64,000 nt of DNA from the human T2T-CHM13v2.0 reference genome, Homo sapiens: assembly GCF_009914755.1 (NCBI RefSeq), contig NC_060936.1. One strand, written 5' to 3'. Numbering within the stretch: position 1 is the stretch's first letter; each line of letters starts with the position of its first letter. The notes below the pieces were generated by a model. It was not told where the DNA came from. It was given only the letters and a program-made list of their open reading frames with translations, and did not search any database. Both the position numbers and the translations under genes were made by a program. This document shows, in pieces, positions 45,709 through 62,065 of this stretch.

Positions 45709-46003
45709 TTTTTTTTGCGGGGGGATGGAGTCTAACTCTGTCGCCCAGGCTGGAATGCAGGGTGCAATCTCGGTTCATTGCAACTCACTTGAACTCCCAG
45801 ATTCAAATGATAGTCTTGCCTCAGTCTCCTGAGTAGCTGGGATTACAGGCACCTGCCACCATGCCTGGCTAATTTTTGTATTTTTAGTAGAGATGGGGTT
45901 TCACCATGTTGGTCAGGCTGGTCTCGAACTGCTGACCTCGTGATCTGCCCACCTTGGCCTCCCAAAGTGCTGGGATTACAGGCATGAGCCACCGTGCCTG
46001 GCC
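45709..46003 (-). mobile_element. AluS
   Basis: Antisense; TSD cctgtttgtattttttttt. Confidence 0.92.
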
Positions 46004-46839
46004 CTGTTTGTATTTTTTTTTAAGTAGAAGCCATGCAATATATTGTCTATTCCACAAAAATAAATAAATAAATAAAAATATAAATAAATAAATAAATAAA
46101 AATAAAACTTAAAGAAAGATTAGGTGTAAACAGCATATACTAAAAAACTGAGTATTTTTACTCAAAGAAAACGAAAAATGGGATAAAGGAAATGACAGAG
46201 TAATAAATTAACAAAGATAAATTTAATCATTTAAGAATACTTGGTATTTGCAACGGACTTTGAAAGAAGAGAAACATGGATCAATGGTAACATTTTAAGA
46301 GAAGTAACATTTTAAGAGGAGGATATATGCAAAGTCATAGAAATGGGAAACAGCAAATTTTAACTAGCAAATTAATTTGGCTGGGTCACTGGGCTTGGTA
46401 AGGGAAATAAAAAGGAAAGATGAGCAGGTGCTTTGCAGGAGAATCAAGACTAACCTAAATGGCAATTTCATATGGTTCAACCCGATACCTCAGGCACATA
46501 TTTACTTTCAACTTTCTTAATTTGGCCAACAGATATTTAATAAGTGCCTGTTATTCATCAGGTCGAGTGCTAGGTGCTGCATGTGTTCACAGTGGTAAAC
46601 CAAATGGACATGATCCCTGTCCTAATAAAGCTTTTAGTCTAGTGGGCATTTCTGGGCCTCAGGAAAATGAGCAACCTTTATGATCCTTTTTGTTCCAAAA
46701 TTCTGGCTATATATTCAGTCTGACATTCTCTGAAAATCCCTAACCCTTTGTCTATTCTTACCATCATCTATGTAAAATTCAAGGTATTCTTTAAACTCTT
46801 TGAACTCCCTCTTCCTCACCTTTCTCTCTTATCGATATA

Positions 46840-47070
46840 CAGTAGGGATTGAGACCATGGACTTAAAGACCAGATGCCTGGGTTTGAAATATTACTTATA
46901 TTTTTCTGTGTGATGTGGACAATTAACTTTCTGTGTCTCAGTTTCTTCACTTATAAAATGGGGATAATAATGTACCTTATAAGGTTTCTCATAATAAATG
47001 AGTTATTACATACAAAGTGCTTAGAATACTCTGACACATGGTAAATTTTAAATAAATATTAGCAATTATT
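46840..47070 (+). mobile_element. MIR SINE
   Basis: ctgtgtctcagtttcttcacttataaaatggggataataa core. Confidence 0.85.
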
Positions 47071-47572
47071 GCTATTAACAGAAGATTTTGCTTATATCAT
47101 TCTTTCCCTCCAGGGTTAACACTCTCTACTACCTGTATCCCACCCCTTTCTACCTGGTGGTCTTTTTATAGATTCTCCCATTTTCCCCACAGTATATTGA
47201 ACAAACTGTCTCTTTACTGGCCCTTTTTCTAGAATTATAAACATGATCAAGTTCCTTCCACAAAATTCATCTTTGTGAACCTCTCTTCCTTCCTATGAAA
47301 GTTCACACTGTTGTTTCCATGTTCTCCTGTTCTCTTCTCAACCTACCACAATTTTTGACTTGATCCCATAACTCCACTAAATTGCTTTTACCTAGGTCAA
47401 TTACAACGTTCTTCTTGATAACTCTTGTGTCATCCCGTTGAACCCCATAACTTCCTGTTCACCCTTCTTAAAATTATAATTTCTTCAACACTTCCTATTC
47501 CCTCTAACATAGTGTACTTTTTAGTCATTCTTTCACGTCTGTTTTCCCTGGTTGGAAGATAAAATCAGGAAG

Positions 47573-48307
47573 TGATATGTACAGGAGGTAGGGAGATACT
47601 GGGTACAAGGGGGCGGTTCCTTGGCAAAGACCCCACCCTCAAGTCTGGAAACCCATGGCCCTAAATGGGAACAGGCATTTCTGTTTTCAGGCCCAAATGT
47701 TGCCTTTTGGTCTGCCACACCCCCCTCTCCTGTACCCAAATAAACCCTAAACCCTGGGCTCCATGAGCAGAAGAACAGAGGAGTCAGAAGGGCAGTGCAG
47801 CAAAGAAGGAGAGATGAGGAGTGTGTGAACATTGAGAGGAGTTCGGCTGGGGACGGTTGGAGAGATCGGTGACGGGATGGCCAAACTCTAGGGGAAGGTC
47901 ATCTTCCCACTCCATTCCCTTTCCAGCTCCCCAATTATCCTGCTGAGTGCTACCTCCATCTGGCAATAAAATCCCCTACATTTACCATCCTTCAATTTGT
48001 CTGTATGACCTGATTCTTCCTGGACGCTGGACAAGAACCCAGGTATCAAGAGGGCACTGAGCTGGTTAACACTTAAGCTGTCTGTGGAGAGCACAGCTGA
48101 AAGAGCACCATAACACGCCCACTGGGGCTTCAGGAATTGCAGGCACTCACCCCTAGATGCTACCATGGGGCCGGAGCCAAAAGCACTCTCATTGGCTCCT
48201 GCACCTGCCCATCTACATGCTCCCCCTTCTTGCAAGGGGTTTGAGCACGACAAGCCACATCCCTGTCACACATCCTGCGAAGGGGGTCAGGGAACTCTCA
48301 TGTTTCA
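47573..48307 (+). mobile_element. ERV1 solo LTR (LTR1/LTR27/LTR28 group)
   Basis: TG...CA termini (tgatat...gtttca), GC-rich, internal AATAAA 47965-47970; start gatactgggta...ccccaccctcaag typical of this group. Confidence 0.8.
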
Positions 48308-48569
48308 GGACAGTGATTTTGTCCACGTTGTTCACTACTGTATCCTTAGCATCTAGAATAATGTCTGGCACATCCTAGACTGTCACAAAATATTTGCTGA
48401 ATAAATACTGAATTGTGATGATCTGTTTTCTTGTCTTCTAAATTAGAGCAGGAACTCCTTTGAAGACTGGAACTGCTGTTCTTATCTCTTTATTAGTCCT
48501 TTTGGCTCAGTGTCTGGCTGCAGGTGAATGTGACAGTGATGAGTGCATGGGGAGTCATTATGGTACCAG

Positions 48570-48850
48570 TATTTTTTTATTTCAATAGTGTTTGGGGTAC
48601 AGGTGGTTTTTGGGTGCAGGGATAGGTTCTTTAGTGGTGAATTCTGAGATTTTAGTGCACCTGTCACCTGAGCAGTGTACACTGTACTCAAAATGTAGTC
48701 TTTTATCCCTCACCCTTCTTCCAACCTCCCACCTCAAGTCCCCAAAGTCCATCATATCACTCTGCATGTGTTTGCATCCTCATAGTTTAGCTCCCACTTA
48801 TAAATGAGAACACACGGTATTTGGCTTTTCACTCCTGAGTTACTTCACTT
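48570..48850 (-). mobile_element. Short L1PB-type 3' end
   Basis: Homologous to 7950-8220; TSD tggtaccag. Confidence 0.88.
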
Positions 48851-49119
48851 GGTACCAGCACTTTTGTAAATGCTTCTGGATGATACTCAAAGGCCTGAGA
48901 AAGTAGTTTTTAAATTCTACTCTACTTTTTAGATCTCCAAAGAGGTGATATTAGGATTTTGCAAGCAATGGTGATTTAAGTTGCCTAAAAAAACTGTTTA
49001 TCCTTTTAAATTCTATTATTTATTGAGATTTCTTTGAAATAATTCTATGCTAAAGTAAGTTTGAAATTATAGGTTTAAATTAAAGACGGGAAGGAAAGAA
49101 GTACAAAGAAAGAACAGAA

Positions 49120-49292
49120 GGCATAGTTCTCAACACTGAGTGCATATTACAATCATTTAGGGGAGTTTCTATACTGATATCAGGAGGGCACGCCCCCAGT
49201 ATTATTTAGGGCTAGGGGCTGAGCATAGACATATATACATATTTTAACTCTTTACATGATTCTAATGTGCAACCAGGGTTGAGAACCACTGG
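49120..49292. mobile_element. MER5-family DNA transposon
   Basis: Terminal inverted repeats gttctcaac...gttgagaacc; tgattctaatgtgca. Confidence 0.75.
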
Positions 49293-51141
49293 GATAGGTA
49301 ATTCTTGAGGAATAGGGAAGGCTACAAGGGAAAATAAAAGCAAATGCAGTGAGAGAGGCAGACTGTCCCCAACAATTGCTTAAGGTCCTCTTTAGTAATA
49401 CGGGACCATAAACAGTCCCTGTTATTGTTATTTTGTAGTTGTGACCAGTAATTGGATCCAGCCACTTGAGGGGACATAAGAGTGAGACCAAGTACTTAAT
49501 GGTTAGTTTATGGGACACTAATAACAACCTCAAAAGTAAAAAAAAAAAAATCCTTCCTTGAAGCTTTCTAAAAGGTTAATTATCAACCAGTTCTTTCAAC
49601 CCTTAAATTACTTTCTGAGAGTAAATTAGAAAGAGGCGCATGAATTCTATTAGGAGATTATGGTACCACTGTAGATTAATTCTTCTTATTAAACAGTATC
49701 CTGTTGTTCATTTTTCACCACAAAGAGGCTAACTTAATCCTTATTCTGAGCTTGGATATTGAGCAATTCTGGATAATTGCATGTAGAATGATAACCTTTA
49801 TAACAGGCACAATTCAATGCAAAGAAAAATTTGTTCTTGGAATGCAATTTGAAATTCATAGAGCGAAACTTAATATCTTGGAAAGAGAGTATATGAGTTT
49901 CATGGTATAGTATTATTATTCCTAAGGGAAATTTCCAATATTCTGTGATTCAATATAGCCACAGGATAAACAAATTTTACTGGCACTACCTCAGGCATGC
50001 TAACAACTTAGCCACATTTGACCCATTTGAAGATAAGTATGGTTAATCAAAGGTTAAATAACTTTGGTCACAGGCACCTTGTTTTGTTAATATTCAATAC
50101 ATTTCAATTGCAAAAACTCTCCATATAAAAAGGACATGTTATAATCCAATTCTTTGTAAAGAGTAAGGCTATTTTCATGGGATATATTGGAAGTTTTTTT
50201 TTCCTTCAAATTAACTGTTTTTGGTGAGTAAATTTGAGGAAATGGTTTATACAAGAATTGCCTTTTAAGTTCCAAAACAAAAGCATTAAACACAAGTTGA
50301 CTTTAACAGAAATGGATGTTGCATTATTTCTTTTGCAAGGGCCTGTATGTTTTATTTTGTAATGATTTATGTTCCCTGATATGCTTTATCTCATGCTTGA
50401 CTGATTACAAGTGTGAAGGAGGGTTAAATGTATTTGCTGCTGGCAATTTAGCATTAATTGTAATACGCCGTAATCCAAATTACAATCTGTCATTTCCAGT
50501 CAAATTGTGAAACACTGTAATTGTATTTTAGAGTTCTACTGCCATTGATTATAGCTACCTCATTTGTGTTTTAATATACCATGACGAATTTGTGAATGGA
50601 AATACAATCTTGTAACAATCCAGGAAACAAGTATTGTTCTTTCTTCCTATTATAACGGCAATAGAATTATTTCTTAACAAATGAAAGGAGAAGGTGATGA
50701 TAAGACAGTAAAGAGAATTCATTTAAAAATGAAAAAGACACAAAAAGATTTCAATTTTCTAGCAATGCGTAAACATAAGCCATGAATTTTCTGAAAGCAT
50801 TTTGAAACAAAATATTACAAAAATATTTTTAAAATTAACTTTATTTTTGAAATCTATTCATACTCATACAAATTGCTCTTGTTCATTCGACAGCCATATA
50901 ATATTCTGCAGCTTATTTATTTCCATTCTTTCCTTGATGGTCATTCAGATTGTTTATAAGATTTTATTATTACAAATAATGCTTCAGTGGATATTCTTGT
51001 ACATCACCCTTCATGGATATAGAACACTCACTAGGGAATATACTTACAAGTGGTCATTCTGGGTTGTAGAGTATACACATCCTCTGTTTTACTTGTTGTT
51101 GCCAATTGGTTTCTCAAAATTGTTATACCAACTTATACTTC

Positions 51142-51845
51142 TGTTATAGGTAGATAGATAGACATGAGCAGGGCAGGAGAGGGCTTTCCCCCCGCCCACT
51201 AGAAATGCTGGGTGATGGTTTGGTAATTATCATATTGCCTCTCTAAAAATAATAATTCAGCAGCCAGGGAGAGACAATCCTCTGATGGTCCAAACCTGTT
51301 AACATTAAAATTGTTAATTGAATGCAGGTCCCAGGGAGAAATTGCTTATTGGGCATGCGAGTTAAGAGACACAATGGTAAAGTATGATGTTCCGGGGGCA
51401 CCTGCTACCTGAAAAAGGAAAAAAGCCTCAGATGGGCATGCGTATAGCTCCCTAAATACATTGTGGCATGCTCAATTCCAAAGGGTAAGGAAAGCACAGC
51501 ATGCGGGAAGCCCACCCTAGGGGAAGAATTTGGGGAAAGAGACAAGCCTAGAAAGTCCTCGGATCAAGGTTACAGGCCCTTTTTTTCCTGCTGTCTTCTC
51601 CTCTCTCTTGGACCTTCAGGTGCCACGTGGGTCTCTCCCAAGAGAATTTTCCTTTCTTTCCTGTTCTAAAGCCTTTTAAAATAAATTTCCACTCCTGCTC
51701 TGAAACTTGCCTGGGTCTCTTTTTCTGTTTTATGTCCTTCAGTTGAATTCTTTCTTCTGAGGAGGCAAGGGCTGAAGTTGCTATGGACTGGTAGGTATAT
51801 GGCACCAGTAACTGGAGGTTTCTTGGATCTCTTCCACTGCTAACA
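51142..51845 (+). mobile_element. ERV1 solo LTR, MER50-like, inserted in an old L1
   Basis: tgtta...taaca termini; 4-bp TSD cttc (51138-51141, 51846-51849); gacatgagcagggcaggagaggg start; internal AATAAA. Confidence 0.85.
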
Positions 51846-52129
51846 CTTCAGTTGGAAGTATCATTCACTTCTCTACATCCTTGCTTTAGTCAGATTTAAA
51901 AATGTTGCCTATTTGATGGATGCAAATGGCATCTAATTTTGGGCTTAATTTCTTTTGCCTAGTTACTAATGAGTATGAATGCATTTTCATACATTTATTG
52001 GCCATTTGGATCTCCTGTGAATTGCCTATTTATATTTTTCCCATTTTTTTCTGTTAAATTGTTTATCTTTTTAATTGGTGAGAGTCTGTTATACAGACTC
52101 ATTGGTTATGTGTATTTCAATTGTATATC

Positions 52130-52870
52130 TATTCATTCAAATCATCTATCCTGCTTACTACTGTCTGCCAGGCACCGATTTAGATGCCAGCGACACAGCA
52201 ATTACAGAAAACAAACGAACAGACAAAATCTCTGCCCGTATGCAGTCTTTAATGTCAATGAAGTGAAAAACTGTAAGCAAATAGAAATACAATATGTCAG
52301 ATAAGTGATATGAAGAAAAATCAACCAGATTAAAGGCAATTCCAAGTGGTAAAGTTTCCCCTGAATACAGTAAGAGAATTAGCTATTCTATCTGAGGGAA
52401 GAGGCTTATAGGCAGAAGGAACACCAAGTTTCAAGGCAAGAGTTGGGACCATACTTGAAATATTTGAGGAACAATGTGGTTTTCAACCAGAAAACAAGAG
52501 GAAGAGTGATAGGAGATGAATTTGGAGAGAGAGATCATTTAAGACCATAGTAAGAATTTAGGGCTTTATTTAAGTAGAATGGGAAGTCTTTGGAGATTTT
52601 TGAGCAAAGGCATTACAATATTTTAAAAGGACCACTCTGGCCATATGTGGAAAATAGACTTTAGGTAGGCAAACCTGAAAACAAAGCAGCAACAGCTGTA
52701 GTACAGGTGAGATATTATGGTGCTTTGGATTAGGATGCTGGTGATAGAAGTGGTGATTCCGAATATATTTGGTAGTAGAGATGATATTTTCTGATTAGAG
52801 GATAAGGATTAGGACATGAGAGAAACAGAAATTTAGGATGACTACAAGGTTTTTGGCCTGAGCAATGGAG
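52130..52870 (-). mobile_element. L2 3' fragment (continues ~53570-53950)
   Basis: ttcattcaa start, purine-rich antisense L2 pattern, ggatgactacaaggtttttggcctgagcaa. Confidence 0.7.
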
Positions 52871-52892
52871 TGAATGTTAGCTCTGGAAATAA

Positions 52893-53600
52893 ACCTTATT
52901 TCATTAATGTGAAGACATACATATGTTCCTAGAAGTTAGGAGGCATCTTCTGATTATAAATCACCATCATTGAGATAGTAATGTAATTTCATTGACTATT
53001 TATAAATTGGTCATAGTTGCTATATTGTCATCATTTCAACTGAATTGTGTATATTGTTGGTATTACACATGTTGATTTTAATTGCCACTAAGTAGATTTT
53101 TAAAAGTACACTATGATTCATCAGTGAAACTAAAATTCATTTGCTATTTAGAAAAGCCTCAAACAAATCAATGAAGCAAAAAATCAATATCATTGAATAG
53201 ATATTTGCTCTTAGAGGATCAATCATAATTCCATATTTTTCCACAAAGCAACAACTAGGGACTTTACGGTGATCTCAGAGATCAAGATACCCACAAGTGG
53301 ATGAAGCTATGCGCTGAAATATGTGCACTGAGATACGTGTCCAATTGCCTATCACATGCCAAGTCATACAGCTGAAGGTGGGAGAAATTAACAAATTGCC
53401 TGGAGCAGATGAGGGAAATGTCAAAATAACATAAAGATGGTGTAATTGATTTACTCATCATGCAGAATTATCATTAAGGCATTAAGTTAATAATTGGCAG
53501 CATTTTTTCCTTTTCTAGTTTTAAGTAAAGTAATGGTGAGGTTTAACAACTGATGACTTCTTACATTTGATAAGATGCACTACACTTAGGAAATTTCAGA
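52893..53600 (+). mobile_element. Tc2/pogo-group DNA transposon fossil (Kanga-like) with decayed transposase HTH
   Basis: Manual translation RYPQVDEAM ... LPITCQVIQLKVGEI...*RWCN*FTHHAELSLRH resembles a CENP-B/Tc5-type HTH; interrupts an L2. Confidence 0.6.
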
Positions 53601-55222
53601 ATGTACAGATAGTCTAGTCATAGGACTAGATGAGATTCCCTTAGAAAGGAATGTAGTTAGAAAAGAGCACTAGAGATTCACTGGGAAGCTCCAGCATTTG
53701 GACATTGGGAAAAGGAGTGCATCTGCTGAAGATAGTAAAGGAATGGGTAGTTGGGTGGGAAGAAAAATGGGAGAGTGGGGTGCTCTGGGAAGCCAAAAGA
53801 AGACAGTGTTTCAAGGAGAAAGGAATAATCAATTGAACCAAATGTTATTGATAGGTTGAGTAACATGAGGATTGAGAACTGGCCACTTAATTTGGCAATA
53901 TGGAAGTTATTGATGAATTTGACAAAAGTGAAACAAAGCCTGGGTTGGGAGAGAGCATGGCAAATTCAAGGTTTCTGTATCTGAGAAACCAGATCTTATG
54001 AACTTACCACTTTTAAATTTTACTAATCAAGATCTCTCAGGGTCGAAATAGGTCCCAGAGATCATAACCCTTAATATTCTATATCTGAATTAGTCTGGAA
54101 TATTTGATTTGCTCTGAATCTAACCACTCCAGAGTTTTCCTGGGTCCACTGCTGCTCATGTTCTGTTACAATGGCTATTTAGTAGAACTTTTCTGGAAAT
54201 AGGACATTCATACTATTAATTTGGACAACCTGAAAAATATTTCCTGCTTAATTAATTTTAATATTTAGGGCACATTCAAGGATATTATTTGTAAATAAAA
54301 GGAAACACCAAGTAAATGAAACACTGTACCTAAAATAGCCTTGTTCCTCTTCATATTCGGAGTACATAAGATGTAGGGGTGAAAATAGAGGAGCGTGTTG
54401 CTCTGCATAAAACTGAGGATAATCTTTCAAAAGCCGTGGCAACTCTTTTCCTCTTCTTAAAATAGCCAAAAATATAGGTAAGGAGGTTTTAACATTTTGA
54501 GGTTTCATAATCATGTTATATTATCTTAGGGATTGTCCCAATGAGTCACCTTCATCAAGACAGGTTTATCAAGCTAGATCATGGTGCTAGAATATTATGC
54601 CTAGGATCTGGGCAAGGTACAGAAGGAAATGAAAGGATATAATTCTTCAAATAGCATATGGGCTGAATTACAGAGCTTCCTTTTGGTAGATAAATGATGT
54701 ATAAAAACGACATCACATGAAGGTTACTACCCTCTAATTCCGTGTGCAAAGGCTCCAATTTCCTGATTCATCATTATGACTAGAATTATGAAAACATTCA
54801 GATCATGTTTTTACTTAGCCAAGTTTTTAATCAGTCCTATGAAAAATGTGACTGTGACTACAGAAACAAGAAAAATGGTTGAAGATTAATAGATTATGTG
54901 TTTTAACATTAGTATCATTTATTCAAAACCTAACACATAATGTTTGTGGAAAACCCCTTTTTGTGAGTAACAACAGGTCAATTAGTAAAATAATAACAAC
55001 AGCAACAAAATTTTGTTATTTAGGTTTCATTAGAAGAAGACAAATTTAGAAAACTTCATTATGTATTAGAGTTGTAATAAACAAAAATAACTTAATAAAA
55101 ATATATTCAGTTTACTGAAGGCCCCAGTGGAAGAAGTATTTATAATTTTATGATCAACATTAATTGAATGCTATGTAAACACAATGCTAGGCATTAGCGG
55201 TATTAAACATTTTTCTACTATC

Positions 55223-55520
<298 letters not shown>

Positions 55521-55914
55521 CTACTATTGAATGGTTTACAAACTGAATAAAATTTAAATATTTTAGACATGTATCTCATTTGGCAAGTGCAATAAAACTC
55601 AAAGTTTGAAAGAGGTGGTTCTTTTTCTACTTAGTGATCAAGGTATTTATGAGCTTTGAAACCAACTTATGAGAGGTGATATTGTTGCTCTCCTTATGAT
55701 ACTGAAACAGCAACCTAACAAGATTGCTCATGTCCACTAACAGGAAAAAAAAATTTCCACACCAATCTATAAGAAATGATAATATTCAATAGAATTTCTA
55801 TGAGAACAATCTTTACCTACTGCTATGGAGTGATCTCCAGGATATATTATTAAGTGAAAAAGGGCAAGTTTTAGAATTGTACTTATAGCATGTTTTATTT
55901 TCTCATTTTATTAT

Positions 55915-56578
<664 letters not shown>

Positions 56579-57034
56579 TAAAAATGTTTATCTATAAAAG
56601 AAATAAGAGAACAGAAATAGAAGTTAGAATGTTTTTAGTATGTCCTGATTTGTAAATAGTAATTTAAGATTATATAAATCATTTACACAATTATTAAACA
56701 AAAATACAGATGAAATAATACCCAATACCCACATTGAAAGGAAAATGAAACAAATGAAGAGAAGACATAAACATGGTAATTTGATTGTACTTCCCTAGTG
56801 GAATAATTCAAAAAAGACTTACTGTTTTTAGAGGTGGTGACACTATTCTCTTAAACTAGTATGTATTTTAGAGGACATATAAGAATATAAGTAATTATGG
56901 TAATGATGTTAGGAGCCAAGATTTTTATTATAGGATAAAGATATAAATATAAAATCCAGTAAGTTCAGTAGAAACCTTGTAATCCTAAATTTAAATGCGA
57001 AATGTCAGTGTGAACTCATAATGTTCTTTTCAAA

Positions 57035-57198
57035 AATTAGCAAGGCATGGTGGCACGTGCCTGTAGTCCTAGTTACTCGGGAGGCTGAGGCAGAAGAATA
57101 GCTTGAACCGAGAGGTGGAAGTTGCCCTGAGCCGAGATCGCACCACTGCACTCCAGCCTGGGTGACAGAGCGAGACTCTGTCCAAAAAAAAAAAAAAA
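57035..57198 (+). mobile_element. 5'-truncated Alu (right arm)
   Basis: Right monomer plus A tail. Confidence 0.88.
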
Positions 57199-57699
57199 AT
57201 TCCTACCTCTGTCTGTTTAAGAGGCCTAGAAATTATCTTGACCAACTAAATAACAATGCATACTTATTGCACCCAGCTTACAGTCTTTAAATATTGTTCT
57301 ACTCTGAAATGAACCCAGGGTCCTTGGAAAAAATGCTGATTCCAGGTTTAGGTTAGGGGTGAGCCTTGAACATCTTGACATCCGGAAAGCAAGGAAGCTA
57401 CCAATAACTAGTTAAGGTTATGTCAGAAGGCAGAGACCAACTTGAAGGGACTCATTGGCCAAGATGGGGCAATCCAAGCTTTGAAAGAATAACTGCAATG
57501 GATTTGAATGCATCTGATCTGTTAAAGTTTGTGAGTTAATAATAACAGAAAACAGGGGGAAAAACCCTCACTGTCATCTTTTTAAGATAGCAGGGAAATA
57601 ACTCATTATTCTGAAGATTGGTTAATAGAGTAAAAGAGTCAAGCCTTTCTCGAGCAAGCTATACTTCAAAGGATCTAAACAGTTGGTGAGGGAAAATTT

Positions 57700-57776
57700 T
57701 TGGCTCACTGCAACCTCTGCCTCCCAGGTGCAAGTGATTCTCCTGCCTCAGACTCCTGAGTAGCTGGGACTACAGG
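57700..57776 (-). mobile_element. Internal Alu fragment with flanking direct repeats
   Basis: Right-arm piece only; gtgagggaaa at 57686-57695 and 57780-57789. Confidence 0.85.
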
Positions 57777-58663
57777 AACGTGAGGGAAAGTGTTTTTATT
57801 GAAGAATTTCAGCTATTAAATAATGAAGGAATGACAGAGTAGCACCAATTTGCAACTGCTAATGAAATAATAGCTTCAGACAGTTATCATCAATGGCTGC
57901 CAGAACTGTTAGATGAAAGGTGATGGAGAACTTTATAATAAATAGATAAGGGTAACAACAACTGAAACCAGCAATCTTAATTTCACACAAAAAGAGACAA
58001 GTAGACATATATGCCTCTTGATAGATATACAGAAAAACTAGGTATGGCGTATCCTCACCAAAAATTCAAACCTAAATCTGAACAAGCCTCTCTATGTATT
58101 CACCAGTTACACTAAGTTTAGGGGATAGATAACACATTATAAGTATGCAAGTAGTAAAATCCAGATGTGGAAGACTCTACCAGGTAAATGTCTTGGTTTC
58201 TTCAATAAATAAATAGTAAGAAAAAAAAATAAAGAGGGAGGAGGAACCTATAGGTTAAAAGAGATTTAAGAGACATAAACACATGCAAAATATGGACCAA
58301 ATGATGAACATGGGGAATTTGAAAGTTGACTGGATATTATTATGAAGGATTTATTACTGTTTAGGTATGATAATAACATTGTAGTTATGTTAATACAATA
58401 ATTCTTAAATGTTTTGCATTGCTCAAAGAACAACAACAACAATAAAAATCTAGTAATTAATGGGTCATAGAAGAAACGGCATCCCATTTTTGGGTCTGAT
58501 CAAAGTGGTAGTTATAAATTAAAGCTGTGCAATGTGCAGCAGGCAGTACATGTGCAAATTTCACAATAATGTAAAATTCACCATTAGTATTCAAAGTCAC
58601 AAATAATAAGTATCACTAATATGTTGGCTACATTTGCTCACTGTACAGTTATGGCACAGACAA

Positions 58664-59952
<1,289 letters not shown>

Positions 59953-60979
59953 TAGGAAGAAAGTGTTAGCAAGTGCAAAATTTGTGGTGGGGGGCAGTTG
60001 TTTTTTAAATAGAGTGGTCAAGAAAGATTTCTCTGAGGGTATTAGCATTTAAGCTGAAGTTTTAATAATGAGAGAGAGCCTGTCATGAGATGAGCCAAAG
60101 AAGGAAAACTCCAGGTAGTACAAACATCAACTACAAAGACTTCAAGGTGGGAACAAATAACTGAAAGAATAACATAGAAATGGTAGGAAATTTTTAATTT
60201 ATTCTAAGTGCAATACATAGCCACTGGAGGGTTTTAAGTAGGGGAAGATAATAATCTTGTTTATATTTTTAAAAGACCAGCTTTGCAGTTGTGTACAGAA
60301 TGGATTGGATGGGAGCAAAAATACATTTTGGAGACAGGAAACAATTGCAGGCTTTCAGGCAAGAGATGTGAATGGCTTCAACTGGGATGGTAGCAGTGTA
60401 GATAGGGAGAAGTAAATAGAATCAAGACATATATTAGAGATAGATGTGATTTGATAATGGATTTGATTGGGGAAGGGGAGGGAAAAGGGTCCTCTATTTC
60501 CTAGAGAACTTCTAGGCTTTATTAAGTTGATGCACAGCAATATCCCTGTAGATGGAATTTTGTAACTTAGGACTTCATAGTACTTTAGGTTTGTGTTTAC
60601 AGAACATGTTGTTGTAAAGGTTATTTCATGAAAAGGAAATTTTATTTTAATGATAAATTTGACTTATCCTAAAGTTGATTTACCCTACCAACATGTAGCA
60701 AGTGCTACAAAGAAGCTCCAGGACACTGAAATTCCTTCCAATAAAGGCAAAATGAACTATGAAGATAAAAAGGAAAGAACATTTCCCTGCTCCTCATCTG
60801 CCCTTTTCCTCTCACCACTTCATGTTTGACATTCACTGCAGATGTTTCACAATAATCATTCTCAAAGCTGTTGACAAAACCTGCAGTATTCCTTCAAGAA
60901 ACCCAGAACACACTCCTTAGAAGAGAAAGCTTTGCAGTCTTATGAGGAAAAATCTTTTTTTTTTTTAAAAAAAACCTTG

Positions 60980-62065
<1,086 letters not shown>

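Noticed and set aside
46045-46110. (TAAA)n tract with several AATAAA
   Set aside because: Simple repeat or retroelement tail; no TSD or donor identified
46287-46318. Tandem 15-bp duplication gtaacattttaagag
   Set aside because: Ordinary slippage duplication
47533-48378. Cluster of overlapping ORFs
   Set aside because: Explained by the GC-rich solo LTR; no gag/pol/env similarity
54542-54548. AP-1 motif TGAGTCA (also near 25309 and 36763)
   Set aside because: Isolated 7-mers occur at chance frequency in 64 kb
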